A stretch of 64,000 nucleotides of DNA. Origin: Marsupella aquatica. Taxonomy: Eukaryota; Plantae; Marchantiophyta. The translations under genes were made by a program, and so were the position numbers. The notes beneath the pieces are model-generated. The model worked only from the letters and a program-made list of their open reading frames with translations. It was not told the DNA's origin and searched no databases. Shown here piece by piece: positions 46,983 to 58,909 of the stretch (within the stretch, counting starts at the first letter, position 1; each line of letters opens with the position of its first letter). The stretch covers positions 15,038,684 through 15,102,683 of the forward strand of contig OZ316896.1 of NCBI GenBank assembly GCA_973895155.1. Direction: 5' to 3'.

Positions 46983-48671
46983 TATTAATAATCCAAAAGA
47001 CCAAGGCGATCAATAAATTAGAGCAAAAGTTCCCAATGCTCAGAGAGATTTGTAACTTTATAAAGGCCATGCTACGGGAAGCTTGAGGATTAGAGAAACT
47101 GTGAATAGGATGCGGCTAAAATAGCAATTATAAAGAATGAGAAGGAGACAAAACATGGCACGTAGAAACAGCTGGGGATCAAAATGTGAACAGGACGAGG
47201 AACAGGTAAGTTGGCCAAAACTCGCTCCAAAAACGAATTCTAGGGTGAGTCAAGGTCAAAAACTGGGCCCGCCCAATGTGGCAAATTCATCAAACATGAC
47301 CTAAGAAATGTCGTACTGTGCTCTTTGGTTGTGTCACCAAAACTGATACAGCGGCTCATGTTCGCGGTTCTTGATCAAGTGAAGTTGATATCAAGTACGC
47401 TGAATCAAACGGTCTGCATATATGTTGCGATGAAACCGACTCCTCGTTTCCGAAGCAGCCACCATGGATGCTGCCCCTGAGGCACCATCTAAGGTGTTTG
47501 GGAAATTTTGGGGGAATGCTCGTAGCCACGTGGTCTCAAGTCTTGAAGGTTCCAATGGTGTGAAGCCACCCCGAATGGGAGGCGCTGCAGCCGAGCCCAT
47601 TCCTGGATTCAAGTTATTCAGAGTGCACACGTAGGCTGCCGCTGGCCCCGCAACGGCGCTTAGCCTTGCTGCCCCGTGGCCTGGAACTTATAACTATATG
47701 TACATGCTGTTCCCTGGCCCCCCCCCCTCTTAGGTAATACAGGTTGAACGTGCGAGCGATTCAAGGATCATTTTTATTTATTTTGAGGTAAATTTTAGAA
47801 ATCAGTTACAACTATCTAACGTGCATGGTAAACAGGACATGTAAGTAATGTAGTGTATTGAATATTTGGTCAGATTTAGATTTCTGGAAGGGGGGCCCTA
47901 ATAGATATTCCAAACATTTTGTTCAATGTGATGTGAAGTTTTTCTTTGACTTGAAGAAAATTGTAACTAATGAGGCACAATTATAATCCTTCAAACTGAC
48001 ATTTTATAATAGTAGAAAGGATCAAGAGTAATGTCAAAAATATCATTTTTTAAAGTAACAAGGGAATTTTTTATTGATCAAAAACTAATAACAAGGGGTA
48101 CCAAGGGGGGATCCGTTCACAGGGGGTACAAATATATGATTGGGAGTGGGGGGCCAGGGATGTTGTTGAATCAAAAATACGCAAAGGTTTTGGAGAATCA
48201 CAACAATTATGGCGATGGAGCATAAGCAATCTCTGCGGAGAATGTTACTTTTGAAGTTGCATCTGAATAAACAACAATGAGAACTATATTTGAGAAAACA
48301 AGAACGACACTTCAAAAAAAGGAACGTATGATACGTACGAGCTTTACGCGTTCCCTATTATGAGTGTTTCTATTTGGCTTCAGTCTTTTCTTCGCGACTC
48401 TCCCTGATGATTGTCTTCGTGTATATTGTTGACACTCTCCTTGACAAATTATCTTTGGCACTCTCCTTGATTATCTTTGACACTCTCCTTGACAATTCTA
48501 TTTGCAGAAGAACTATCACTGGAACTGTTTGCAGTCTAAGAAGTATGAATTTGCAAGATGAAATGGTGTGGAGCCATTTTTAGCGGGATGGTGTCACATT
48601 TTCACAGACCATTGTTCTTGTTATAAACAGTGTTTTTTTATTAATTTATTGCTATAGAGCTACTTGAGAAT

Positions 48672-49014
48672 TGTTGAGTATAGACTACACTTGTAATGGT
48701 AAGCACATGACACATCCAACGCGCAAATAGTCGACACAAGAGATACGTGGTTCACCTCCTCGAGGCTACGTCCACGGGAACACACAAGTGAGCTTTACTG
48801 AACTCTAAGCCCGTTGGCCATACCAAATTTCCACAGTGTAAGCTCTCCTCATCTCTCAAGTGGCTCCATAACAATGAGCCTAAGTTCTACTTATCCAAAC
48901 AAACACTGTTTGGCATATAGTGTGCATCATAGTTAACCTAACCACATCTCCGACTATGGTTAGTCTAACTACGGTTACATGTCATAACCCTAGACCTTGA
49001 GTAAATACCTAACA
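48672..49014 (-). mobile_element. Solo LTR (343 bp), Ty1/copia-type, with 5-bp TSD AGAAT
   Basis: AGAAT|TGTTGAGTAT...ATACCTAACA|AGAAT, with 8/10 terminal inverted match. The internal hairpin, GTGGACGTAGCC...GGTGAACCACGT on the minus strand, is typical of copia LTRs. Confidence 0.9.
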
Positions 49015-49600
49015 AGAATTGTTTTTTTTGGGGGGGGGGGGGGGGAAGAGTATTGTTGATGAATTCAAATTTTCAGAGAGCACTACTGAATTTTTTTAGA
49101 GAAAAACTACAAGTAATTTTTTGGAAACAAATCTACCAAAAATCATATTTTTCATACAGCGCTGCTCTTGTTACAAAGAGTGCCGTGTGGAGCTACGGAA
49201 GAGTTTAAATGTGCATCTTCAGTCCATTCCATTTACATTCTCAATTTGGCATGGAGGTGAGCACATAATGTTCTTAGACTGATATAAATGTAGGTTTAAT
49301 GAGAGAATTTATCATCCATTTGTAGTTGAATTATCTCATGATTAGGTGTAAAATGATATGTCCTCTGTCACAGTCCATGGGGATAACCAGGGCAAACATG
49401 CCAGTCCATCCAGGCTTTTGTTTCCAGATTTTACTTCAAAATTGTCACTAACACAAATGAGACGATTATTTTACTTCACAAAAAAGATCAAATTTGATTG
49501 TCATGGTTGAAGATGACATGGCACAATTAGGTGCAAGGGACTCCTCATGGGGCTCAACTACTTCATGCCAACTCTGCAAGGAAAGGTTTTGCCTTCAAGT

Positions 49601-49736
49601 AAATCTAACTAAGTGTTGCTGCTCTGATGGGTGGTTGTGAAGGCAGAGAGCACACAGGAAAATCCTTCCAAGGAAATCTAACCAAGCTTTGCTGCTCTGA
49701 TGGGTGGTTGTGAAAGCAGAGAGCAAACAGGAAAAT
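49601..49736. repeat. ~73-bp tandem duplication
   Basis: AAATCTAAC.AAG..TTGCTGCTCTGATGGGTGGTTGTGAA.GCAGAGAGCA.ACAGGAAAAT occurs twice. Confidence 0.9.
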
Positions 49737-51673
49737 GTATGAACTCTGTTATCCCAAGACGTGCCTCTTTGCGACTCTCACAGTAGGTGAGAGCTAATGA
49801 TCGAAAGTCTGATACTCTTTTCTAATATGCTTTCCAACACTCGGTAATCGCAACGCGAAAGGTGCTAAAGGCGAACTAAATAGCTTGAGTGAAGCCAATG
49901 GATGGCAAGGAACAGAATGTTGTCTTGTTTGGCGCTAAATACTGCCATCTCCTCGCTGAATCCTTCTCATAACTGCTCTACAAAAAAATCTGAATTGAAC
50001 ACACGTTCGGCATACTGGAGCTGTAGACCCGGGCTTTTGTTCCTAGCTTGGATACACTTGTACTCACCTCATTAAATTTGGTAGGTGGGAACCAAATTTG
50101 TATCCAATATTTAATTCGTATGTACCGCTAATTGTGTAACAAGAATCCTAAAACATCCTTTTCATCGTGGAGTCACAGTTGTCCGCTGTAAGGACTGTAG
50201 AAGTGTTAACCTGATCTCTGTGAACCCGATTCAATCTTCCAAATGAAAATCTCAATCTCGTGCTGAAACACTATATTGTAAGCTGAAAGCAAATGTGTGA
50301 GGGGCCTGCTAGATCATCGAAGAACACTAAGAACCACAGCTTAAAGTTCAAGTTCTAGCTTAAGAAAAAGAACCGCTACTAAACCGAAAGCAAATTCGTG
50401 AGCAGCTCAGTGAATAGCGTGACTCCGCAGCAACATCACAGAAATGCACCAAGATTACTGAGTGCTTGAACAAGAGTGGAGCCAATGAACATTACGGAAA
50501 CTGCCACCTTTACAACCCTCCTCCTTTGAGAATTCGGTCATTAATGACATCTTTGTATCACCCACTTTGTAGAAGCTCCACAGCAGGTGGACTGAAAGCG
50601 GGAAAAACGTACACATGTAATCAACATGTAGCTACGTGGTAATTTTTCTGCGTCTTGGGTTTAGGGCAGTTGCTCCTCTTGCGCCCACTTGCTTTCAAAT
50701 GTATACATGAGACCGTGTTATGACACAGCAAAACCCAAAGCTCAGTCTATTCCGATACTACTCAGGAATACACCGAAAGCATTAATTTTGTAGAGTCCCC
50801 CGCATCCAGTAAAACACCTTTTCAGGGATTACAGTATATTAACTCCATACCAGGGCCTTATGGGCAAACTAATAGTCACTCAAAACTTGTGCTAAGACCC
50901 TCGTGCTTGGGGATGTTACAACCTACAGTGCGCTTTAACAGGGAGTTACTATATACATGGCACCCCCTTTCCATCAACCGTGACAGTCTGTAAGGAACAA
51001 CTACAGTTATCAAGGCTCATTCGGTTGTACTTCTATCCGGCAGAAGCGATACCTCATAAGAGGCCACTTCCTCGGCCCTTGTGGACCACTACTTAGGAAT
51101 TCCATACATGTCAGGGGACAAACCTGTGTTCGGAAATTATTTCACGCAATCACGAGGTCCGAGTAGCTCCGAAATCGAATAGTGTGCAGTTTAATTGCTA
51201 CATTGTCTTCCATGTCATTCGTTGATATCGGTGGAAACCTTCATATTGTCCTTTAGTTCATTGAGAGAAATTCATTCTATATTTCCTTGACCATATCCAT
51301 TTGCAGTCAATAAATCAACAAGGGACCAGAAAAGAAACGGGCACCATCCAAGAGGTCCTGGAAAATGCCACCATGTCCACACCTATTTCACGAAAGAGCT
51401 CGTCATAATCATGATACCCTTCACTTGTCACCTCACGTTCTGGACCTCTCCATTACTCCAAAAACTTGACCGTGTTACCATTCATCATTGGCAGATAAAT
51501 AAGAACAGTCACCAGCATTCATTACAAATCCTTTCCGTTGCAACCTTCTTTTCTGCATCAAAAAGATTGAAGCAAAAGAACACCAGAGATTCCTCACCTA
51601 GGCTTTTAAGTCGAGGACATTACTCGGAATGCCTAAGGCACCAATGATGACTAAAAGCACAGAAGCTACTGAA

Positions 51674-53357
51674 CTAGAGTTTCACAGTAGTACAGCCCAG
51701 GACAGTGCCTTTACATAAAGTCATGCTAGCACCTTTGCGCCAATTTGGGTTCTCGTTTCCTACATTGCAGATGTCCACGTCACTAAGTTGTAGTATATCT
51801 GATATGTTTCGACGGGGAATGACACCCCCAATGACATATAAGTCATTTCCCAAGCCCATGACCCCAAAGCTGATTCTGCGCATGCACTCAGGCCATGATG
51901 ACAGCAGCTTCCAAAACGGTGGTTGTTTCTGTTCTCTGCTGGCAAGTCCATGTCGCACAACGTAAAGCTCCCTGTTCACCACCGCCATCTCCCCACCAGC
52001 CCATCCAGAATCTGCGAGTGCCCACCTGCGAATTCAACAGAATGTCAGGGCAACTTCGTTACAGCTTGCATGACCTGACTTTGTGAGACTCAGGTTGTAT
52101 TGACAAACACGTAGCAAACGCACGAGAACTAACAGAGTTGCTTAGCACTATCAATTCCTTAGCATCCGTTTCGTTGCACAGTTGGTCAACCAAAACGAAA
52201 AAGACAACCCCAAGAAGCACACAGGAGGACATATCAATGGCTACAAAAGCTTTTGAAACAACACAGGGTGAAAGACGTGCTTGGTCACCTCCCTTCATCA
52301 ACCTAAGATTAACAACTCAGCCTCTGGCTCTTTACTATCTTTCAGTAAAGAATAACAAAATTCCGCTCAAGTACCAATCCACACCAAAGATCAACAGGTT
52401 TCATGTACTTACCACGGCCTAGGAAAAGTAAGATGCTCAACACACACCACTCACAGATTCTAAAAGGCAGAAAACTTCAGCAATTCTAAAAAACAAAATT
52501 TTGCGGTGCGACAATATTCTGTTATATTGAGAAGCAATTTCAGGGGGGACTATTTCACTTCAATGGGATCGTCTGACCCACCTGCTCTCCTTCGCATCAT
52601 AGACTTGTGCTTGAGATGTCCCTTTGTGTACAACATGCACCTTCTCTTCAAACACGATCCCCGAACAAGCTGCATTGTGGACCTGGGTCAATTCCGGCAA
52701 GGATTCCCATTTATCTAGGAGTGGATTGTACATCTCAGCCAAGGCTAATGCCTTCCTGGTGTTTGTGAAGCCCCCGGCAGCCACTATATGATCGTCCAGC
52801 ACACAACAGGCAAACTGAGATCTGGACGTAATCATGGGTGCTCTTTGCTCCCACTTGCCAGTGATTGGATCAAACCTCCAAACCTCATTGGTAGCTGTTG
52901 TTTCATTCCTGTCACCGGTTTGTGGGTCTACTTCGTCACTCCCACCGCCAACCACATAAAGCTTGCCCTCCACGGATGCAGTTCCAAAATTCGTCAAGTG
53001 CTTGATACAAGATGGTAGAACTGGAAGAGTGCTCCAGCAGTCGAAAATTGGATCGTATGCTTGCCAAACTTTATCTGGTTCATAGGCACTTGCATATAGC
53101 CATTCTTCCTCGACGCCAGCAAGCTTTCGCGTGCGAAAAAGTTCAGGACTCAGTAGAGCTGATCTCCAAGCTCGTGATACTCTTTGTAAGGCTGGATGGC
53201 AGTGTAATGGCACTCGGGCTAGACACTGTAACGCTACGGTATCCGGAAGACCTTCGATAAGAGATGTCACATCGATTGGTCCAGAATGGCCATCGTCCTG
53301 TACCTTGTCCTCTGGATCATTTTCAGTAGCACAATCTTGCTTGGACAAATTTATCAT
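51674..53357 (-). CDS. SKIP30: F-box/Kelch-repeat protein, SKIP30-like (2 coding exons: 53357-52582, 52025-51674)
   Basis: LIEGLPDTVALQCLARVPLHCHPALQRVSRAW (F-box), GKLYVVGGGSDEVDPQTGD, HNAACSGIVFEEKVHVVHKG and the C-terminal MTLCKGTVLGCTTVKL align with Arabidopsis SKIP30 as recalled. The phase-2 GT-AG intron is 52581-52026. A 5'-UTR intron acceptor lies at 53377. Confidence 0.9.
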
Positions 53358-55079
53358 TTCCTCTTCGGTCAATTCCCTACAGAGTATCATGCCAACAAAT
53401 ATCACAAGTTGTGGCAGAGAAAATACAACAGTGGTCAATAGACACAATAATTTACTCTTGAACACAAAGATCTGAGCAATAGATATTGAACCGAGGTAAC
53501 TATTCCACATCAGTTGCAAAAACTGTTGAAAACGAGTGCAGCCTACCTCCGTATAATTCATGGTACTTGTTCACACAGTTTGACAAACTCACGGACCAGC
53601 TAATCTATAACCTTAAACAGATCATCACTTCAACCATCAAAAGGGGTTCACAGGAATATGGCTTCTACTAAAGAAACATGTAATGTGGTCTGGTCCCCAC
53701 GTCCATGCCGGCAAGGGCAATGCAAGTCCGGTAAGACAAGCTGAGAAAAACGTACCGCGTCCACAGCTTGACTTGCTGAAACGTAAGTTTTGACACGTGA
53801 AAAAGGTGTGTGGCAATTCCCTGAAACTGAAAAAAACGATCAGCTCATCGGAGAATTTCGTACCTCTGAATGTATATTTCTTCAAAAGATCAGAGCAAGT
53901 AGGCCACAGCTTTCAGAAGCATGACAACTCAGTAACCAAGAACAACGTCCCTGAGATTGGGTGGTGACCTCAGCGTCAAGCTTATTGGTTTGACAAGATT
54001 GTGATAGCGACGAAGAAGTCCAAACTCTAGCAGCCCAAAGAACCGCCAAATGTAATGATCATTATTGACTTGCAGAATTTCCCTGGGAGCCACATCCTTG
54101 ACACAGAATGATGGTCACTGAGCCCTAATTTTCTCTGTCGCTCTTTATTGCACAACAAATGCAATCAGAAATACTAAAAGACTGCCTGTCACTTTGATAA
54201 ATAAAGATCACCGAGTTCCAGGATTTCACCCGAGTTGCTAAGGGTTCACACCAAAGCCACAGAAGGCAATGATTACCGAAGAGGTAATAAATTCATATAG
54301 TTTGTCACCCATGCCATACGCGTAGGCTCCAGGTATGTTTGATATCAACAAGTACAGATCACATGACGAGCCTTGAAAGTGGAGAGCATCACCACCGATG
54401 AGCACGACAGGAGTGAGGCATCGAAATGCTCCTACTACAGCCCGTGCGGACCATGTTCCGCGTCGAAACCCCTCAAATCACTAGTCTACCCTGACCGATG
54501 AACACAATCTTTCAAATCTTCTGTCCTCAAAACAGATTTTGACCTGCTTCGCAAGTTCGCAGCCACCGCAAAGCCATCGAGGTGGTCAGAGCTTCACCCT
54601 CACCAATGCCCATCCCAAACCACACCAGCCGTTCACAAAATTGGATAAGAAACGAAACCACACTTCATTTCTTCCGAACTCTGAGATGAGAGAGCGGAGA
54701 CATCACATCATAGGCACGACACGGACCGTAATCATTCATTAGGTTAAATGGGTCCGACACCAAGAACACCCGGGCCCCCAAAGCTTCCCTAAACACAGGG
54801 GACGCTCCCGCATTTCGAACAAATCACACAATAATGACACCAAAATTTCTGCACTTCTCCGCCTCCTTACCTCAGTCCACACGACGAGCAGCAGGTCATC
54901 CTCGCGTTTCCTCTCGGAGTCTCGTCGTCGTCGTCGCCGTCCTCCACCTTCTCCTGCTCCTCCTCCTCCGCACGCGCCCAACCAACAAAAGGCCCACGCG
55001 ATGACTCTGCTGACTGCTCCTTTGATCTCGCTCGCTATCGTCACACCACTCCCACGGCCCTGCCACAAACACTGTGCTG

Positions 55080-55885
55080 CTGCTCTGCGACCCTAATAAC
55101 AAGCTATCAACTAATCTTCCTGCACCACGGTATCACTAGGGGAGGTACCCTAATAATCAAACAACCAATTCCCTGCTCTGCGACCCTAATAGCAAGCAAT
55201 CAACCAGTTTTCCTGCACCACGGTATCACTAGGGGAGGTACCCTAATAATCAAACAACCAATTCCCTGCTCTGCGACCCTAATAACAACCAATTTTCCTG
55301 CACCACGGTATCAAAAGGGGAAGGGTAGGTATTGTCTAATGCAAGCAAATAGGAATTTTGATAAAAGTAGACTATTAGGGGCATGTCAAAGTTCTCCCGT
55401 AACATTTTGATTACCCGTTAATTTTTTTGGATGTACCACCTTAATTTATGGGGTACATATTTTGGTAACTCATAACTATTCTGACCTTGCTATAAGTGTG
55501 TTCTATGTCCTAAGCTGTAACTCAGGTACAATTGTGCTTTGACACACCCTATCACTATTGTATAATGGGCGACCCTAATAATCAAACAACCAATTTTCCT
55601 GCACCACGGTATCGATCAATGACCCTAATAATCAAACAGTCAATTCTCCTGTCAATAGGGGAGGTATTGTACAATGCAAGCAAAATATGAATTTTGATAG
55701 AGAGGAGAGTATTGTTATTGTATAACAAGCAACCCTAATAATCAAACAACCAATTTCCTTGCACCATGGTATCAATAAAGGAGGTATAGTAAAATGCAAG
55801 AAAATAGGAATTTTGAAAGGAGGAGAATATTGTTATTGTATAATGCAAGCAAACAGGAATTTTGATAGTGAGGAGAATATTGTCA
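55080..55885. repeat. Tandem/minisatellite array (93-bp units, then shorter subunits) upstream of the SKIP30-like gene
   Basis: CTGCTCTGCGACCCTAATA starts at 55080, 55173 and 55266 (period 93). ACCCTAATAATCAAACA...TGCACCAYGGTATC and ATGCAAG...GAATTTTGA subunits recur to ~55885. Confidence 0.9.
55378..55549. mobile_element. Tourist-like MITE inserted in the tandem array
   Basis: TA|GGGGCATGTCAAAG...CTTTGACACACCC|TA, with 11/13 TIR match. The array resumes after it. Confidence 0.7.
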
Positions 55886-56505
55886 ATGAGTCACTAGTGA
55901 TTTTAAATTTCTTTTAACTTTTGTTGCCTTTTATGTTTTTAGTGTTTTTTCAAGACTACAAATGGCTAGTGAGTTTGCTAGCCAAAAGAGGAGTCCCAAA
56001 ATTGGATGTTACCAACCAGGTTTGTTGTCAGTGGGGCAATTGGACATAGACAAACAGGGGTCATGTAAGTAAAACTTTTGCTTGTGCAAGGAATTTTTTA
56101 ACTGTTTTCTCGCATGCTACATTGACCACCTTATTTCTCAGAGTCACCTCAATATTTGATGTACCTCAACTTAGTTAGTATTGAAGGTTAAGGTCAGAAA
56201 AAGTTATATATATAGTATGACGTAGTTATCAACCATATATGGTTGACCCTCTCTGTGAGCAGACTATACACGAGAGGCAAGATATTTCATAAGGAAATGA
56301 GGAGGTGTGATTAGCTTCATGTCAAAGGTGTTTTAAACACTAACATATCCACTAACTAATGTCTAGATGCAGGATCCAAACATAGCATGCAAACTATATT
56401 AAGTATGGTCAAAATTATGAGATGTAATGATGGCTAAAAGAACTTCATCCTGGGGCAGCAGCCTAAAGCCCCAAAATGTGAAGAATCACCCCAAGGTTAG
56501 CAAAG

Positions 56506-56900
56506 TACCAAATTGGTGATCCATAAGTTTTTGCCATAAAAAAATTGGTCATATGTCATGACCATAAGTCACTAGAGAGACTGCAAATCAAACAAAGTTG
56601 CATAACCCTGTGAAAAAAGCTATGCCCATTTGTTTATGGCCAAATGTCATCATCCCTGACTAAGGAGCATTCAGACGCCCTATTTTGACGAGCCTTAACT
56701 ACTGAGGTACAAAAAAAGGTCAGGAAAAGGTATAGACTGCCAAAATCAAATAGTCCATAATTTTATTGCCATGAAATTTGGTCATATGCCATAAGTCAGT
56801 GTAGAGGCTAGTGAAATATAATAATACAAAACTTTACATAATTCTGTGAAAAAGCTATGGCTAAAAGCAATCATCCACAACTTTGAAGCTTTGGACGCTA
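56506..56900. repeat. Two further copies of the 39.8-kb dispersed repeat
   Basis: TCCATAA...TTGGTCATATG...CCATAAGTCA...TGTGAAAAA.GCTATG at 56506-56690 and 56740-56900. Confidence 0.75.
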
Positions 56901-57325
56901 ACAATATTCTTTATCTAATTCTCCTACATTATTTGCTGACAGTAAGATCTCCCTAGATTTAAGGAGAAGCATCAAATCATGTCAACTTGGGTCTGCAGCT
57001 AGGTTGGAAGATGGGAATGTCACTTTGTGTGAAGGTGGAGATGCTACCAATATTCCATATATGGTTTTACTATATTACTTTCTGACAGTCAGATCTCCCT
57101 AGACTTAAGGTGAACCATTGGACCATGCATAATGGGGTCTGTGGCTAGGTGTGAAACTTGGAAGACTCAAATGTCACTTTGTATGAAGGAGAAGATGCTA
57201 CCAATATTCCTTATCTAATTTTCCTAGATTACTTTCTGGCCATCAGATCTCCCTAGATGTAAGGAGAGTTATCAGATCGTGGCTAATGGGGTCTGTGGCT
57301 AGGTGAGAAATTTGGAAGACAAATT
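56897..57325. repeat. Three diverged ~150-bp tandem units
   Basis: GCTA(A/C)CAATATTC starts at 56897, 57043 and 57197. Each unit contains AGATCTCCCTAGA..TAAGG and GGGTCTG..GCTAGGT. Confidence 0.88.
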
Positions 57326-58909
57326 GTGTGTAGGAAAGAGTTTTGAGTGAGGTGGAACCTACCAAATTTCCACCACCTAAAATAGTGTTGGGAGAGCCGC
57401 TCCTACTTTCCATATACATCGCAATTACAAGGAGGGATGGGTAGTTTCAGTCCCATGTAATTCTTAGTATATATCAAACTGCCAAAAAACAGAGGGCGCC
57501 GAACCGGGAGACATGATCCCTCAGGCAAAAGACCCAATCAAGGGGGGAGACCACCAAGGGGCCAAGAAAAGCAAACCCAAAGACAGAAACCCAAACGCCT
57601 ACCTATCAGCAAACTGGAGAGCCTGGTAAAGCTCCGGTGTGAACTGCATGGGGGGGTCAAGCAAAGGAATCCTACTAGCGGCCCTAAGACCAACAGCCTC
57701 CCCCCTATGAAGAATAGTGAACGCCTGTGCCCGCTGAAGCGCAACAGACACCCTCTGTCTAAAGAATGCAGTGATGACGAAGTGGAATGTTCCTGCCTTT
57801 GGAGGGGGGAGAGGGCAGGGCAGGGCAGTACACCCAGGTAGGGTAGGGTAGGGTAGTCATATATATTAGGGAAAGAGGTATCTCGGGTGGCTTCACAAGA
57901 GTTGGAACCCCACTGCTTCGTTTTAATCACTCTGAGATCAAATCTGGACAGAGTAATCAGTAGACTCCTTGTGAGATTAGAATGCTACTGTAGAACCAAG
58001 CCGGGGGGGCTCACACAGAATTGGGATTTGAGGTTCTTTATGCAACCTACTCTGTAACCAACTTTCTACTTCACATTTCCCTCTCCTGTGAAGTGTACGT
58101 CTGCAATGATATCACGGACTTGAAGAGGTCAAGTTAATTGTAATGCTTGAGAAGTCAAATAGTGTAAAGCTTCTTATCCCCAATTCATTATACAACATTC
58201 GTCCCCCTTTCCTGTTCCAGAACTGCTACCCAAATTTATGCTTCAAATTGATGACAATGAAGCTTGCAGAGCGTTACTGAGTAACTTTTTAGTGTTTTCT
58301 CTAATAATTTTCAGTTTCAGCTCTCTCTAGACGTATGTTTCTTCCAGCTCTTGCGGTACTACATTAACAAGAGAGTTTGTGGCAGAGTTTGTACAGATTT
58401 GACAGCTCCGTGACTGTGACTTGATTTTCCTTTACTCCCAAGATACTTTTGTTCAACGGTGACCCTGATTCTCATGCACTCGGTCTACAAAAGCGCGTGA
58501 AGCAGTTTTTGAGCTGTGGAAAAAGTTGTTACAGCACTGCGTAAGGAAGTGGAGAAATTGAGTAGGCACCTGATCGTTTCTCTTCACCAACAAGAGGGGA
58601 TCAGAAACTTGATTGGTTGTTTGTTCGGCACTTTCCTTCTGAGAAGATTGACTAATGGAGACAGTGATGGAGGGTAAAGCGTGGTCTTAATTTTCAGTCG
58701 ATCCTTGGACAAATTTGCGCTTCCTTTCTGCTGTCTCGGATTCCCTTTCTTACCAGCAGAACAAACAACGGGAAGCCTCGATTTCTCTCTTGCTCATAAT
58801 CGAAAATTTACACTCCGTATCCAAAATAAACGAGGGCCCCCTTTGCGACCTGTCCTTGCCAGGACTAACATTTTAATTATAATCGGTATATTATATACCA
58901 CCGATCACT

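Noticed and set aside
57538-57930. 130-aa ORF in a purine-rich stretch between the repeats and the ABCG 3' end
   Set aside because: Low-complexity sequence with no domain signal; possibly old TE debris, but unsupported.
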